DNA of 64,000 nt from Candidatus Oxydemutatoraceae bacterium (GCA_965219575.1 OZ244779.1:748769-812768), one strand, 5' to 3'; positions 10,460 to 21,877 are shown, counted from the stretch's first letter. Notes: generated from the sequence alone by a model not told the origin. Numbers and translations: made by a program.

Positions 10460-10535
10460 GGGGCCGTAGCTCAGTTGGGAGAGCGCGACATTCGCATTGT
10501 CGAGGTCGGGGGTTCGAATCCCCTCGGCTCCACCA
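10460..10535 (+). tRNA. tRNA-Ala(CGC)
   Basis: GGGGCCGTAGCTCAGTTGGGAGAGCG; anticodon arm CGACA-TTCGCAT-TGTCG; GGTTCGAATCC; encoded CCA; 76 nt. Confidence 0.97.
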
Positions 10536-10622
10536 ATACCATAATCATAATGTAGGCCATGATAGGTGACCATCAATTTGATAGATGAATATATTTATTG
10601 TGCGAGTGCAGCGCGTTTGAAA

Positions 10623-10945
10623 CTGTTGAAAAAGTACCGTTCTGCACGAACCCAACCGCTTTGCGCCACATAATTATCCAACCCACCTGTAGGGGCAGTA
10701 TAAAGCCGCCGATTGAGCCGGTAGGTCAATCGGCAATATAAAGTCGCCGATTGAGCCAGTAGGTCAATCGGCAATTATGATGTCTGCCCTTAAGTACCGT
10801 TCTGCACAACCGTAACCGCTTGCGCCGTATGGTTTTGGTTTCCATAAATCGGGTGAATGAATGTATAAATCGTGCCGACCAACGCGTTACGGGCGGACAT
10901 GCAAGTCCGCCCGCCCCTACATTGTATGAAATACTTTTTCAACAG
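10623..10945. mobile_element. MITE-like non-coding element, copy A, carrying REP-like hairpins
   Basis: Terminal inverted repeats CTGTTGAAAAAGTA / TACTTTTTCAACAG. Internal sequence colinear with 36593-36842 (aagtaccgttctgcaca...ggttttggttt.cataaat). Confidence 0.7.
10708..10772. repeat. Tandem pair of GCCGATTGAGCC(G/A)GTAGGTCAATCGGC hairpins
   Basis: Two copies with a 38-bp period. Further copies at about 11014-11046 (reverse), 36493-36524, 45061-45077 (truncated) and 29640-29766 (split). Confidence 0.9.
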
Positions 10946-11046
10946 CGCGTGTTTGAAACTACCACATGAAAAGGCTTTACATTTTGTATATGCCGGGGTT
11001 CTGTACAATGTCACGCCGATTGACCTACTGGCTCAATCGGCGGTTC
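10946..11046 (-). repeat. Hairpin-plus-spacer repeat module overlapping the pgsA stop codon
   Basis: Reverse complement gaaccgccgattgagccagtaggtcaatcggcgtgacattgt...tacaaaatgtaaagcctttt matches 36493-36590. Confidence 0.85.
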
Positions 11047-11599
11047 TATTACGCATCGATTTCCATGCTATTTTTAGATAGTCAAACATGGAAATCAGCG
11101 TGAGTATTGCGGCAAAATATAGAAGTATCAACCCCAGGCGATGTATATCTACGCCGAGTATCGGATAGTGCCATAGTAGTGTAGCGATTGCGGCAGCCTG
11201 TGCGGCAGTCTTTATCTTGGCGATAACCGAGACTGCGAGCAAAGACCTTTGCCCTAACTCGGCCATCCATTCGCGTAGCGCGCTGACTGCGATTTCTCTG
11301 CCTACGATAACCAATGCCGGCAGGGTGACGACCCAGTCCTGTTGTCGGCTGACGATGAGGATTAGCGCAGTGCTGATTACCAGTTTGTCCGCAACGGGAT
11401 CCAAAAATGCCCCGAAAGAACTTTGTTGATTAAAGCGTCTTGCTAGATAACCGTCCAGCCAATCGGTCAGCATTGCGAGTATGAATATCAGCGTACAAAA
11501 ATATAAACTCCAGCGATAGGGCAGATAAAAAAACAATATCAACAGCGGTATTAGCAAAATACGCGATAATGTCAAAATGTTCGGTAATTTAGCGTTCAT
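11033..11599 (-). CDS. pgsA: CDP-diacylglycerol--glycerol-3-phosphate 3-phosphatidyltransferase
   Basis: PNILTLSRI, TDWLDGYLARR, GAFLDPVADKL, REIAVSALREWMA; follows uvrC. Confidence 0.97.
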   Translation of the reverse strand: MNAKLPNILTLSRILLIPLLILFFYLPYRWSLYFCTLIFILAMLTDWLDGYLARRFNQQSSFGAFLDPVADKLVISTALILIVSRQQDWVVTLPALVIVGREIAVSALREWMAELGQRSLLAVSVIAKIKTAAQAAAIATLLWHYPILGVDIHRLGLILLYFAAILTLISMFDYLKIAWKSMRNRTAD

Positions 11600-13420
11600 T
11601 CACTCTTCGTGCAATCTTTGATATACGGATTCCGCTAGTTTTAGGCTGATCCCCGGCACCTTCCCGAGTTCTTCTATGCTCGCTCTATTGACACCTTGCC
11701 ATCCACCGAAATAGCGTAATAAAGATTGGCGTCGTTTCGTTCCTAGCCCCGGTATATCCTCCAGCGGTGAGTGCCGTCTGGCTTTGTCGCGTTGCCGACG
11801 ATGCCCGCTGATGGCAAAACGATGCGCTTCGTCTCGTATCTGTTGTATCAGATGTAATGCCGGCGAATCCGCGTCTAGTTTTATGTCTATGCCGAGGTCG
11901 CCGTGTATTAATGTTTCTAATCCGGGTTTTCTTTCAACTCCCTTAGCGATGCCGACGATAGTTACATCGGGCAGATTAAGTTCTTTTAGAACTTTTTGTG
12001 CTTCTTTGGTTTGTCCTTTGCCTCCGTCTATAAAAAGTAAATTAGGTACTTTACCATCGTTTGATTTGACGCGCCGATAGCGTCTTTGTAGTGCTTGTTT
12101 CATCGCTGCGTAGTCGTCGCCGCCGATGATGTCGGTGATGTTAAAAAGTCTATATTCCTGTTTGAGTGCACCGGTTTGATCGAACACCACACAAGCACCT
12201 ACGGTTTTTTCACCCATAGTATGACTGATGTCGAAGCATTCCATACGCACGGGAAGTTCCGATAAATTGAGTGCCTCTTGCAGGCTTTGTAGCCGTTTGT
12301 GCATGCCGGCTCGAGATAGTAATTTGGCTTTCAACGCAATATCGGTATTCTTAGTCGCAAGTTCCAGATATTTTTTCTTCTTGCCACGCACCGTTTGAGT
12401 AATCAATTTCACTTTACGACCGGATTTTTTGCTTAGCATGTTCGCTAAAGTTATTTGGTCATCCGGTTTATGGCTGAAAATAACTTCATCCGGGATGGGG
12501 TGCTTGAGATAATACTGTCCGGCGAATGTGGTCAGCAATCTCGCCATACCGATATCGCTATTCGGCAAGTTCGGATAAAAGGCTTTATTGCCTATATTCA
12601 TTCCACCGCGAATGTTGAACACTTGCACGCAAGCATGTGTTTCTTTGATTCCTCCGGCGATGATGTCGGTATCTCCGCCTTCGCCGGTAATGAGTTGTTG
12701 GTCGGAGACTTGTCGCAGCAGGGCAACTTGATCTCTGTAGTGCGCCGCCTCCTCGTAATTTAAGGCTTGTGCAGCCTTGTCCATACGTTTAATTAAGGTT
12801 TCGATGAGGTTTCGGCTATCACCCTCCAAAAACTGTATAGCGTGAGATAATTCTTGTTGATAATCTTGTCGAGCGATATAGTTCACACAAGGTGCGCTAC
12901 ATCTTTTGATTTGATATTGCAGGCACGGGCGGGTACGGTTCTTAAAATACGAGGGCCGGCATGTGCGCAGCTTGAATAGTTTCTGGAGCAGGTTGATCGT
13001 GAGTCTTACCGCAGCGATGCTGGGATACGGTCCGTAGTAATGTTCGTCTGTATTGCGGGCTCCGCGATAAAAAGCGATGCGTGGAAATTTCTCGTTATTC
13101 GATATATAGATATAAGGATAACTTTTGTCGTCGCGCAACAGCACGTTATAGCGCGGCATGTATTTTTTGATTAAGTTATTTTCCAGTAATAAGGCTTCGG
13201 CTTCGGTTTGGGTTACCGTAATCCTGATATCGGCAATTTGATCGACCATACTTTTGGTTTTTTGCGACAAACCGTGTTTCCTAAAGTACGAGGCGACACG
13301 CTTTTTGAGGTCTTTTGCTTTGCCTACATAAAGCCGTTCTCCCGTGGTATCGAGCATTTGATAAGTGCCCGACACATGGGGCAGGGTGGCTATGAATTCT
13401 TTGGCATCAAACTCACTCAT
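11600..13420 (-). CDS. uvrC: Excinuclease ABC subunit C
   Basis: GIY-YIG YVGKAKDLKKRVASYF, PRYNVLLRDDKSYPY, ECFDISH, IDGGKGQ, IRDEAHRFAI, HhH. Confidence 0.98.
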   Translation of the reverse strand: MSEFDAKEFIATLPHVSGTYQMLDTTGERLYVGKAKDLKKRVASYFRKHGLSQKTKSMVDQIADIRITVTQTEAEALLLENNLIKKYMPRYNVLLRDDKSYPYIYISNNEKFPRIAFYRGARNTDEHYYGPYPSIAAVRLTINLLQKLFKLRTCRPSYFKNRTRPCLQYQIKRCSAPCVNYIARQDYQQELSHAIQFLEGDSRNLIETLIKRMDKAAQALNYEEAAHYRDQVALLRQVSDQQLITGEGGDTDIIAGGIKETHACVQVFNIRGGMNIGNKAFYPNLPNSDIGMARLLTTFAGQYYLKHPIPDEVIFSHKPDDQITLANMLSKKSGRKVKLITQTVRGKKKKYLELATKNTDIALKAKLLSRAGMHKRLQSLQEALNLSELPVRMECFDISHTMGEKTVGACVVFDQTGALKQEYRLFNITDIIGGDDYAAMKQALQRRYRRVKSNDGKVPNLLFIDGGKGQTKEAQKVLKELNLPDVTIVGIAKGVERKPGLETLIHGDLGIDIKLDADSPALHLIQQIRDEAHRFAISGHRRQRDKARRHSPLEDIPGLGTKRRQSLLRYFGGWQGVNRASIEELGKVPGISLKLAESVYQRLHEE

Positions 13421-13454
13421 CGGTATATACTTCGTCGTTGCGTCTAAAACATAT

Positions 13455-14096
13455 TTAATCGTGGCGAGAGATTAGTTTAACAACCTTTGCAAAAATAGCC
13501 TCGAATTGCCTCTGGGTCAAACGCCGGGTCTGAATGTTATAGCGACTGCAGTGGTAAGAGTCTATTAACTTTTTGTTATCGGGGAGTGCACATACACGAC
13601 CGTGCTCGAAGCGATATTCGGATTGCTTTAAGCCATAGGCGCGCATGATTGCCGAATGTGCGACATGCCCCAAGGCGAGTAAAATCGTATTGGGTCGCAA
13701 CGCCCGTATTTCCGCTTTGAGGAAACGGTTGCAAGTTTTAATTTCTTCAAGATTGGGTTTATTGTCCGGTGGCAAGCATTTGACGGCATTGGTAATTCTA
13801 CAGTTGTTTAATACGAGAGAGTCGTCATGAGAAATTGATGTAGGTTGATTGCTGAATCCGTATTTATAGAGTGTTTTATAAAGCACCACGCCCGCATAGT
13901 CGCCGGTGAAAACCCTGCCGCTACGGTTCGCTCCGTGTTTGCCGGGTGCTAGACCGACGATAACCAGCCGAGCATCCAGAGGTCCTAAAGGTGCTACCGG
14001 TGCGCAATGATAATCGGGATATATTTTCTTGGTTCGCATCAGATACTCGCTGAGGCGACTACACCGTCTACAGCTAGGGCTAAAAAAGCGAGTCAT
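13455..14096 (-). CDS. Uracil-DNA glycosylase family 5 (UdgB-like, Fe-S)
   Basis: CRRCSRL, GLAPGKHGANRSGRVFTGD, NAVKCLPPDNKP, SYHCSRYN. Confidence 0.9.
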   Translation of the reverse strand: MTRFFSPSCRRCSRLSEYLMRTKKIYPDYHCAPVAPLGPLDARLVIVGLAPGKHGANRSGRVFTGDYAGVVLYKTLYKYGFSNQPTSISHDDSLVLNNCRITNAVKCLPPDNKPNLEEIKTCNRFLKAEIRALRPNTILLALGHVAHSAIMRAYGLKQSEYRFEHGRVCALPDNKKLIDSYHCSRYNIQTRRLTQRQFEAIFAKVVKLISRHD

Positions 14097-14109
14097 GATC
14101 TATATCGGC

Positions 14110-15060
14110 TTAAAACTTTAGTAGTGCGGACCCCCAAGTAAAACCGCTACCGAAGGCTTCCAGCATCACCGTGTCTCCCGACCGTATGCGTTGATCTCTG
14201 ACTGCCTCGTCAAGTGCTAATGGTATTGACGCAGCCGACGTATTTGCGTGCTTGTCGACGGTGACGACGACGCGTTCCATCGGTAGTGCGAGTTTTTTGG
14301 CTATTGCGGCAAGAATTCGTAAATTAGCTTGGTGAGGCACCAGCCAATCTATAGCACTGCGGTCTAAATTATTCGCCTCCAGTGTTTCATCTACGATTTG
14401 TCCCAAAGTCTGAACCGCGGTCTTGAACACTTCGCTTCCTTTCATTCTGATGTAACAATGGTCCGATGCCGGCATCCCGTCTACATACAATAATTCCTCG
14501 TACCGACCGTCTGCGTGTATGTGAGTTGAATAGATACCCGGCGCGGTATCGGCTTGCAATACGACCGCACCGGCACCGTCTCCGAAAAGCACGCAGGTTG
14601 AACGATCACTCCAGTCTAGGATGCGAGACAATATCTCCGATCCGACTACCAAAGCACATTTGGCACTGCCCATTTTAATGAAGCGATTGGCAATATCCAG
14701 AGCATAAATAAAACCGGTGCAGACTGCTTGTATATCAAAAGCCGGACACCGATGCACACCTAATCTGCGCTGTATTACACAGGCGTTGCTGGGAAATATT
14801 TTATCGGGGGTGGTTGTTGCGCAAATTAACAGATCAATGTCTTTGTTGGTGACCGATGCCATTTCCATCGCCTTGCGTGAGGCGTAGTAGGCGATTTGAC
14901 TGCCGGTTTCTTCATTTGCCGCAATATGTCGTTGTTTAACTCCGGTACGCTCGCGTATCCACTGATCGGAGGTGTCGACGACTTTTTCCAAGTCCTTGTT
15001 GCTTAGAATTTTCTCGGGCAAATAGGACCCGCTACCGGTTATTTTTGTATAAATGGTCAT
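14110..15060 (-). CDS. fabH: Beta-ketoacyl-ACP synthase III
   Basis: [44 protein letters not shown]. Confidence 0.97.
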   Translation of the reverse strand: MTIYTKITGSGSYLPEKILSNKDLEKVVDTSDQWIRERTGVKQRHIAANEETGSQIAYYASRKAMEMASVTNKDIDLLICATTTPDKIFPSNACVIQRRLGVHRCPAFDIQAVCTGFIYALDIANRFIKMGSAKCALVVGSEILSRILDWSDRSTCVLFGDGAGAVVLQADTAPGIYSTHIHADGRYEELLYVDGMPASDHCYIRMKGSEVFKTAVQTLGQIVDETLEANNLDRSAIDWLVPHQANLRILAAIAKKLALPMERVVVTVDKHANTSAASIPLALDEAVRDQRIRSGDTVMLEAFGSGFTWGSALLKF

Positions 15061-15064
15061 AGTC

Positions 15065-16081
15065 TTAGTCGACGAGCATCTCTTCGAGTTGTTTGTCTAT
15101 CATTTGCGGTACCTGTTTCATAGCTTCCAATCGTGCCACCTCTATCGCTTTTTCAAAAGCTAATCGGTCGGCACTGCCATGACTTTTGATTACGACACCT
15201 TGCAAGCCCAGCAAACTGGCACCGTTATAACTACGCGTATCCATGGTTTGGATAATCAGTTTAAGCGTAGGCTGAGCGAGCATGGCACTGAATTTGGTCA
15301 TTAAGTTACGCTTAAATGCTTGCTTGAGAGAATGTGAAATAAAAGCAGCCGTACCCTCGGCTGTTTTCAAGGCAACGTTGCCGACGAAACCGTCGGTGAT
15401 GACTACATCTGCGACACCTTCGTAGATGCGATTAGCTTCGACATAACCTATATAGTTAAGTTTACTGGCGCGTAGTTGACGATTGGCTTCTTTGATCTGA
15501 TCGTTGCCTTTGATAGTCTCTTCTCCTATGTTGAGTAGACCGACACGAGGAGTCTCCAATCCGTCTACCGCCGAAGCTAGTACTGCACCCATGACCGAAA
15601 ATTGGAATAAATGTTCCGCTTTGCAATCTACGTTTGCCCCCAAATCCAGCATGTAAGTATGCCCTTCGGTTGTCGGCAAAGCGGTAATGATTGCCGGCCG
15701 GTCGATACCGGCTAGAGTGCGCAATATATAGCGTGATATTGCCGTTAATGCACCGGTATTTCCCGCGCTCACGCAGGCTTGGGCGCGGTTTTCTCTGATC
15801 AAGTTGATCGCGATGCGCATAGAGGAATCTTTTTTCGTGCGTAGTGCAACGGTGGGTGGTTCGTGCATTTCTATGATTTGCGTACTATGGACGCAATCTA
15901 CGCGTTGTCTAGTGTCTATATCGAGCCCGGACAACTTCGATTCTATCAAATTGGTATCGCCTACCAGTAATAGATGCAAATCGTTGTATCTGGCAATCGC
16001 AGAAATTGCTGCCGGCACGGTCACATCTAAACCGTGATCACCGCTCATTGAATCTATGGCTACATTGACGCGATCGTTCAT
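15065..16081 (-). CDS. plsX: Phosphate acyltransferase PlsX
   Basis: [40 protein letters not shown]. Confidence 0.97.
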   Translation of the reverse strand: MNDRVNVAIDSMSGDHGLDVTVPAAISAIARYNDLHLLLVGDTNLIESKLSGLDIDTRQRVDCVHSTQIIEMHEPPTVALRTKKDSSMRIAINLIRENRAQACVSAGNTGALTAISRYILRTLAGIDRPAIITALPTTEGHTYMLDLGANVDCKAEHLFQFSVMGAVLASAVDGLETPRVGLLNIGEETIKGNDQIKEANRQLRASKLNYIGYVEANRIYEGVADVVITDGFVGNVALKTAEGTAAFISHSLKQAFKRNLMTKFSAMLAQPTLKLIIQTMDTRSYNGASLLGLQGVVIKSHGSADRLAFEKAIEVARLEAMKQVPQMIDKQLEEMLVD

Positions 16082-16120
16082 AATTTCAGGATATGAACAA
16101 AGAAGGCAATACTCGCTTGC

Positions 16121-16324
16121 CTATTCTTTTTCTTCTTCCTCTTCGCTATATATTTCTTGAACGATCACCTCTTCACCGCGATAAAAACCATCGTCGCTGA
16201 TATGATGACGGCGATGTTTGGTACCGGTCGTAGAGTCGATCGATAAAGTGGCAGGTTTAACTTTATCGTGCGAGCGGCGCATATCTCGTTTGGCACGAGT
16301 TTTTCTGTTTTGCTGTACAGCCAT
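16121..16324 (-). CDS. rpmF: 50S ribosomal protein L32
   Basis: [20 protein letters not shown]...[13 protein letters not shown]. Confidence 0.97.
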   Translation of the reverse strand: MAVQQNRKTRAKRDMRRSHDKVKPATLSIDSTTGTKHRRHHISDDGFYRGEEVIVQEIYSEEEEEKE

Positions 16325-16343
16325 GTTTATCTCCTAAAAATAA

Positions 16344-16844
16344 TTACTCTATTTCTTTAACGTTTTTCCTTTTGCTCTGACTACGGTAGCGACTTAAATA
16401 ACCGATAAACTCCGGGTTGCACTCGTCCTTGCTATTGTGCATCGGGTTTTGCGGTATCACCAATAATAATTCGTCTTCTATTAAATCGGCTATGGATATT
16501 TTACCCGAAGTACAAACATAATAGTCCGTACTATTCGGCAAGCGACGCGCGTGTGCATCGCTTTCAACAATACACAGTCGATTTTCACACCGAGTTTTCC
16601 ACTGCATCGGTGATAAACATCGCTGGCATTCCAAAATCAATGTTGCCGCAATCTCTATTTTTAGCGACACGCAATCGTAAGCTTCATTCAACCCAAAATC
16701 AAGTATTGCCTCTATAGGCGTTCGGGAAGACGGACATACAAGCGACAATCTGGGTAATTTTTCTAGTGCCAAATAGCCTTTAACCTTTGTCCTATTTTGT
16801 GCCAACGTGCCGGGCCGAACCACCAAGGGAAGTTTTTCAACCAT
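16344..16844 (-). CDS. yceD: YceD/DUF177 family protein
   Basis: LECQRCL, LIEDELLLVIP; directly upstream of rpmF. Start set to the MVEKLP ATG. Confidence 0.88.
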   Translation of the reverse strand: MVEKLPLVVRPGTLAQNRTKVKGYLALEKLPRLSLVCPSSRTPIEAILDFGLNEAYDCVSLKIEIAATLILECQRCLSPMQWKTRCENRLCIVESDAHARRLPNSTDYYVCTSGKISIADLIEDELLLVIPQNPMHNSKDECNPEFIGYLSRYRSQSKRKNVKEIE

Positions 16845-16930
16845 TAAGTTGCTTATTTTATATGTTAGAATGATATAGGTCAAAGAGCTTTACGATATTT
16901 TGTTTTTAATAAAGCCGGTATCTACATAAT

Positions 16931-17821
16931 ATGTCTATTCCTCCAATTTATATCATCAATCTAAAACGCGCACCGGAAAGAAAGTTAAATATTCAAAGAC
17001 AGTTAGATGTGTTTGATTTAAGCTACCAATTTATAGACGCCGTTGATAGATTTGAACTATACGACAAAGATTATCGTACGGCGGTTGCCGATCAGGCAGG
17101 TATTGATAAATCTAAGATGGAATATCTATTTAATAATTGGTGTTGTGGAAAATTAGCATGCCAATTAAGTCATCTAAAAATCTACAATTTGATGATAAAA
17201 AACAATATTCCTGTCGCTTGCGTATTAGAAGATGATGCTTATTTAACGCCTACTTTCCCCAAAATGTTAACTGCTTCAGATGAATTTTCTTATGACGTAC
17301 TGATGTTTTCTCATTATTCAAAAATGCTCCTCGACCTAATTAAACCTCTAAAATCAGGCTATTCTCGTACCTTCTCCCTTTACAAATTAATGCACTATAA
17401 AAAATATTATCCACAATTAAACTCATATATTGTTCGTTTAATGATTTTGAAAGCTGTGGCTTTTTATTTTGAAAGACTTTTTACCGGTCAAGTAAAATAT
17501 TCTTATACATCTCGGATAGGAGCAATACCCGAGACAGAAAAATCATTTTGGTACAAGACTTCATTTAAGCACTATACTGCCCGACCACATAGGTCGAATA
17601 TTTTAATGGGATCGGGCATGGGGTACATGCTGACACTTGACGGGGCAATTAAATGGAAAAAAGCAGGATTGCTCTGCACTATAGATCAAATACCTTATTA
17701 CTTATACCAAAAGCGAGAGATAAATCTCCACATTCTTGTTCCACCCTGTGCTTTAATGATAAATAAATACTTGAAGTATAGTTCTAACAAGCCTCTTGAT
17801 CATACCGATCACGTTGGTTGA
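16931..17821 (+). CDS. Glycosyltransferase family 25 protein (AT-rich)
   Basis: IYIINLKRAPERK, FIDAVD, ACQLSHLKIY, VLEDDA, GMGYMLTLDGA. Confidence 0.88.
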   Translation: MSIPPIYIINLKRAPERKLNIQRQLDVFDLSYQFIDAVDRFELYDKDYRTAVADQAGIDKSKMEYLFNNWCCGKLACQLSHLKIYNLMIKNNIPVACVLEDDAYLTPTFPKMLTASDEFSYDVLMFSHYSKMLLDLIKPLKSGYSRTFSLYKLMHYKKYYPQLNSYIVRLMILKAVAFYFERLFTGQVKYSYTSRIGAIPETEKSFWYKTSFKHYTARPHRSNILMGSGMGYMLTLDGAIKWKKAGLLCTIDQIPYYLYQKREINLHILVPPCALMINKYLKYSSNKPLDHTDHVG

Positions 17822-17856
17822 TTCTAGAGAAATTAATTTAATCGTATAGGATAAGT

Positions 17857-18639
17857 TTATGCTTCGTCGGATGTCGCAATAACATCATTCATCGTATAGA
17901 TTCTTCCCGGTTTTGGTCGGGTTTCGACGACCCACCCTGCGGCATGCACTGCGCCGTTGGCAAACGGAGAACGATCCGTGGCTTCGTGTTTCAGTTCTAT
18001 ACGCTCGTTGTTTGTGGAAAAAAAGACTTTATGTTCTCCCATTATTTCGCCTTCCCGATAAGATTCTATAGTGATGTCACGTAAATCAACACCTTTTTTT
18101 TCGGCAATAATCTCGCCCATTCTAAGTGCGGTTCCCGATGGCTTATCTTTTTTGTTTCGGTGATGTGTTTCTATAATTTCAACCTGTGCGTTTTTACCCC
18201 AAGCTGTTTGCGTTATACGCGCCAGTAGCGCAAAACATAGATTAACACCGATGCTCATATTCGGCGACACTAATATGGGAATTTCTTCGGCAAATGTTTG
18301 CAACTCTTCTTTTTGGGTATCGTTAAAACCGGTTACACCGATAACCATAGGCCGTTTAACTTGCAGGCAATGTTGCGCCGAATCGATTACCGAGGAAGGT
18401 ATAGAAAAATCAATCAATACATCAAAACGACCTTTGCTTATCGTATTGGACGGCTCTACGAGCACTTGAGATTGACTGCCGAAGATATCACCTAAGTGTT
18501 TAGCTATAGCCTTAGAACCGGGGCGGTCGTAGGCATGGCTAATAATTATATCTTTGCGTCCGTCTATCACTTCGGAAATCGCATGCCCCATACGGCCTGC
18601 CGCACCGTTGATCGCAACTTTGATTTGTTTTTTTTCCAT
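17857..18639 (-). CDS. dapB: 4-hydroxy-tetrahydrodipicolinate reductase
   Basis: GAAGRMG, IDFS, PNMSIGVN, ETHHRNKKDKPSGTAL. Confidence 0.95.
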   Translation of the reverse strand: MEKKQIKVAINGAAGRMGHAISEVIDGRKDIIISHAYDRPGSKAIAKHLGDIFGSQSQVLVEPSNTISKGRFDVLIDFSIPSSVIDSAQHCLQVKRPMVIGVTGFNDTQKEELQTFAEEIPILVSPNMSIGVNLCFALLARITQTAWGKNAQVEIIETHHRNKKDKPSGTALRMGEIIAEKKGVDLRDITIESYREGEIMGEHKVFFSTNNERIELKHEATDRSPFANGAVHAAGWVVETRPKPGRIYTMNDVIATSDEA

Positions 18640-18680
18640 TTTTATAGAGAAGTCGTATCGTTGTTATTAAAATTATAACC

Positions 18681-19811
18681 TCATATATTGAGGTCAAATT
18701 TATTCAAGAACTTCTTGATGCCGTCTAACCAGTTTTCCGAGCGAGGTGAGTGTTCGGCACCCGATAACGAACCGTTGAGCTCTTCTAATAATTCTATTTG
18801 ACGAGATGTTAGGTTAATCGGTGTTTCTACATTTATACGACAAATCAAGTCGCCGCTACCACCGCCGCGTAAATGTTTAATCCCTTTTCCTCTCATTCTA
18901 AAGTTCTTTCCACTTTGTGTGCCTTTGGGTATCTTGAGTTTAAGTCTTCCTCCCAGAGACGGTATTTCTATCTCGCCACCTAAGGCAGCGGTAGGAAAAG
19001 AGACGGGAACTTCAATAAACAAATTACCGTTGCGACGTTTGAATACTTCGTGCGGGCGTATTCGTGTCCGTATAAATAAATCGCCGGGAGATCCGCCGCC
19101 CATGCCTGCTTCTCCTTCGCCCGACAATCTTACACTATCACCGTCGTCTATTCCTGCGGGCACTTTAACCGACAGCGTTCTGGATACTTCTATTCGTCCT
19201 TGCCCATGACATTTTATACATGGGTCGGCTATTATTTGACCGCGCCCTCCGCAAGTCGGACAAGTTTGTTGGAACGATATAAAACCTTGTTGCATATTAA
19301 TCCGACCGCTACCACGACAGGTCCCACAGGTTTTTAAGCCGCTACCGGGTTCTGCGCCTGTGCCGTCGCAACGGTCACAGGCCTGCATGCTTTTTATTCT
19401 GATTTTTTTCTCCGTGCCGTAAGCACTCTCTTCAAGCGTTAAATCAAGCGCGTACTCAAGATCGTTGCCGCGATATGCGGTGCTACCGCCACCACGTTGC
19501 CCGAACGAGGTGCCGCCGCCGAAGAAATTTTCAAATATATCACCGAATATATCTTGGTAATTACCGCTTCCGCTTGCTGCACCACTATTGCCTAAACCTG
19601 CATGCCCGAATTGATCATACGCAGCGCGCTTTTGGTCGTCCGAAAGGACATCATAAGCTGCTTTAATTTCTTTGAATTTCTGTTCGGCTTTTTTGTCGTC
19701 TTTGTTACGATCGGGGTGGTATTTCATCGCCAAACGGCGGTACGCTTTCCGTATTTCATCAACATCGGCTTGTCGAGAGACACCCAGTGTTTCGTAATAT
19801 TCTTTTGCCAT
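18681..19811 (-). CDS. dnaJ: Chaperone DnaJ
   Basis: J domain with HPD, G/F region, four CxxCxGxG repeats. Confidence 0.98.
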   Translation of the reverse strand: MAKEYYETLGVSRQADVDEIRKAYRRLAMKYHPDRNKDDKKAEQKFKEIKAAYDVLSDDQKRAAYDQFGHAGLGNSGAASGSGNYQDIFGDIFENFFGGGTSFGQRGGGSTAYRGNDLEYALDLTLEESAYGTEKKIRIKSMQACDRCDGTGAEPGSGLKTCGTCRGSGRINMQQGFISFQQTCPTCGGRGQIIADPCIKCHGQGRIEVSRTLSVKVPAGIDDGDSVRLSGEGEAGMGGGSPGDLFIRTRIRPHEVFKRRNGNLFIEVPVSFPTAALGGEIEIPSLGGRLKLKIPKGTQSGKNFRMRGKGIKHLRGGGSGDLICRINVETPINLTSRQIELLEELNGSLSGAEHSPRSENWLDGIKKFLNKFDLNI

Positions 19812-19896
19812 CAACTTGCTCCCGTTTAACCCGTCTGCTTAATCAAAAACCGAGCAGGTTCAAAACGGTGGGGATGTTTGATATCTGCAAGCGGCT

Positions 19897-21843
19897 TTAT
19901 TTTTTGGAGTTGTCAACTTCCTCAAATTCGGCATCTACCGTATTATCGGATTTTTTATTCGAGTCATCCGATGAGTTGTCCGATTCGGCTTGAGACACGG
20001 GTTCTTCGGTTTGTTTTTCTTGTTGTGCCGCATAGACTCGCTCGGCAAGTTTGCCCGATGCTTCGGCAAGTTTTTGTATGCCGTCATCAATCGCGGCCTT
20101 GTCGTCATTTTTAACGAGTTCTTTTAATTCACTTATTGCACTTTCTATGCGCTCTTTTTCGCCTGCCTCAACTTTGTCTCCCAGTTCTTTAATGGATTTC
20201 TCGGTCGCGTGTATCAGTGCCTCGGCTTGGTTGCGCGTGCCGACGAGTTCTTGGAATTTTTTATCTTCCTCTGCGTGTAGTTCGGCATCGCTAACCATTT
20301 TTTCAATCTCTTCGTCGGACAGACCGCTCGATGCTTTAACGATTATAGATTGTTCTTTTCCGGTCGCTTTATCTTTGGCCGAGACATTGAGTATTCCGTT
20401 GGCATCTATGTCAAAGCTGACTTCTATTTGTGGAATGCCTCTAGGTGCCGGTGGTATATCGGTCAAATCAAAACGACCGAGCGATTTATTTGCCGCAGCG
20501 CGTTCGCGCTCACCTTGCAATACATGTACGGTTACTGCCGATTGTTGGTCTTCGGCGGTCGAGAAAATCTGCGAGGCACTTGTCGGGATCGTGGTATTTT
20601 TTTCGATCAGTTTGGTCATCACGCCACCCAGTGTTTCAATACCCAAGGATAGCGGTGTTACATCGAGCAACAACACATCTTTAACGCCGCCGCCCAGAAC
20701 GCCGCCTTGTATCGCAGCTCCTATAGCAACCGCCTCATCGGGGTTGACATCTTTGCGCGGTTCGGCAGCGAAGAAATCGGCAACATATTTTTGTACCAAC
20801 GGCATACGGGTTTGCCCACCGACTAAAATCACATCGCTGATGTCCGATGCTTTGACTTTGGCATCGCTTAGGGCTTGTTTGCACGGTTCTATGGTTCGCT
20901 TTACTAAATCTTCTACTAGGGATTCGAGTTTGGCACGAGTCAATTTCATATTGAGGTGCTTCGGTCCGGATTGATCGGCAGTGATATAGGGCAGATTGAT
21001 TTCGGTCTGTTGGCTCGATGATAGTTCTACTTTTGCTTTTTCGGCAGCTTCTTTGAGACGCTGCAGAGCCAGTGGATCGTTATGCAAATCTATGCCTTGA
21101 TCCTTTTTGAACTCGTCGGCTAAATACTCCATCAAACGGGTGTCGAAATCTTCTCCACCCAAAAAAGTATCGCCGTTGGTAGAAAGCACTTCAAATTGTT
21201 GTTCGCCCTCGACGCTGGCGACTTCGATGACGGAGATATCGAAGGTGCCGCCGCCTAAGTCAAAGACGACTATTTTGTGGTCGCCGGCTTTTGCTTTGTC
21301 GAGACCGTAAGCGAGGGCTGCCGCAGTCGGTTCGTTGATGATACGCTTCACCTCCAAGCCTGCAATTTTGCCGGCATCTTTGGTCGCTTGTCGTTGCGAA
21401 TCGTTAAAATACGCAGGAACCGTGATTACCGCTTCCTTTACTTCTTCCCCCAAGTAATCTTCGGCGGTTTTTTTCATTTTCATCAAAATACGAGCCGATA
21501 CTTCCGGCGGGGCCATTTGCTTGCCGCCGGCATCAACCCAAGCATCGTTATTTTTTGATTTGACGATTTTATAAGGAACCATTTTTAGGTCTTTTTTAAC
21601 GGCTTCTTCGTTGTAGCGACGTCCGATTAGCCGTTTGATTGCAAATAGCGTATTCGACGGGTTCGTGACCGCTTGCCGTTTTGCGGATTGCCCTACTAAA
21701 ACTTCGCCTTCTTTAGAAAAAGCAACGATTGAAGGGGTGGTGCGACCACCTTCGCTATTTTCTATGATTTTTGCACTTTCGCCTTCCATGACTGCAACAC
21801 ACGAATTGGTTGTGCCTAAGTCAATACCTATAATTTTACTCAT
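19897..21843 (-). CDS. dnaK: Chaperone DnaK
   Basis: [26 protein letters not shown]-terminal DAEFEEV. Confidence 0.99.
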   Translation of the reverse strand: MSKIIGIDLGTTNSCVAVMEGESAKIIENSEGGRTTPSIVAFSKEGEVLVGQSAKRQAVTNPSNTLFAIKRLIGRRYNEEAVKKDLKMVPYKIVKSKNNDAWVDAGGKQMAPPEVSARILMKMKKTAEDYLGEEVKEAVITVPAYFNDSQRQATKDAGKIAGLEVKRIINEPTAAALAYGLDKAKAGDHKIVVFDLGGGTFDISVIEVASVEGEQQFEVLSTNGDTFLGGEDFDTRLMEYLADEFKKDQGIDLHNDPLALQRLKEAAEKAKVELSSSQQTEINLPYITADQSGPKHLNMKLTRAKLESLVEDLVKRTIEPCKQALSDAKVKASDISDVILVGGQTRMPLVQKYVADFFAAEPRKDVNPDEAVAIGAAIQGGVLGGGVKDVLLLDVTPLSLGIETLGGVMTKLIEKNTTIPTSASQIFSTAEDQQSAVTVHVLQGERERAAANKSLGRFDLTDIPPAPRGIPQIEVSFDIDANGILNVSAKDKATGKEQSIIVKASSGLSDEEIEKMVSDAELHAEEDKKFQELVGTRNQAEALIHATEKSIKELGDKVEAGEKERIESAISELKELVKNDDKAAIDDGIQKLAEASGKLAERVYAAQQEKQTEEPVSQAESDNSSDDSNKKSDNTVDAEFEEVDNSKK

Positions 21844-21877
21844 GTTCGCTTTTCTCCATATTGAATAATGAACCTAA

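Noticed and set aside
10460-10535. tRNA-Ala (and tRNA-Arg) as integration sites of an island or prophage
   Set aside because: No integrase nearby and no duplicated tRNA 3' end seen in the window.
10708-10772. Tandem palindromes as a CRISPR array
   Set aside because: Only two units with near-identical short linkers, and the same unit is dispersed elsewhere, so it is REP-like.
20051-20974. 307-aa ORF antisense to dnaK (similar cases opposite ilvD at 42176-43147, ligA, folD and fdh)
   Set aside because: Shadow ORFs on the opposite strand of conserved genes; a known codon-usage artefact.
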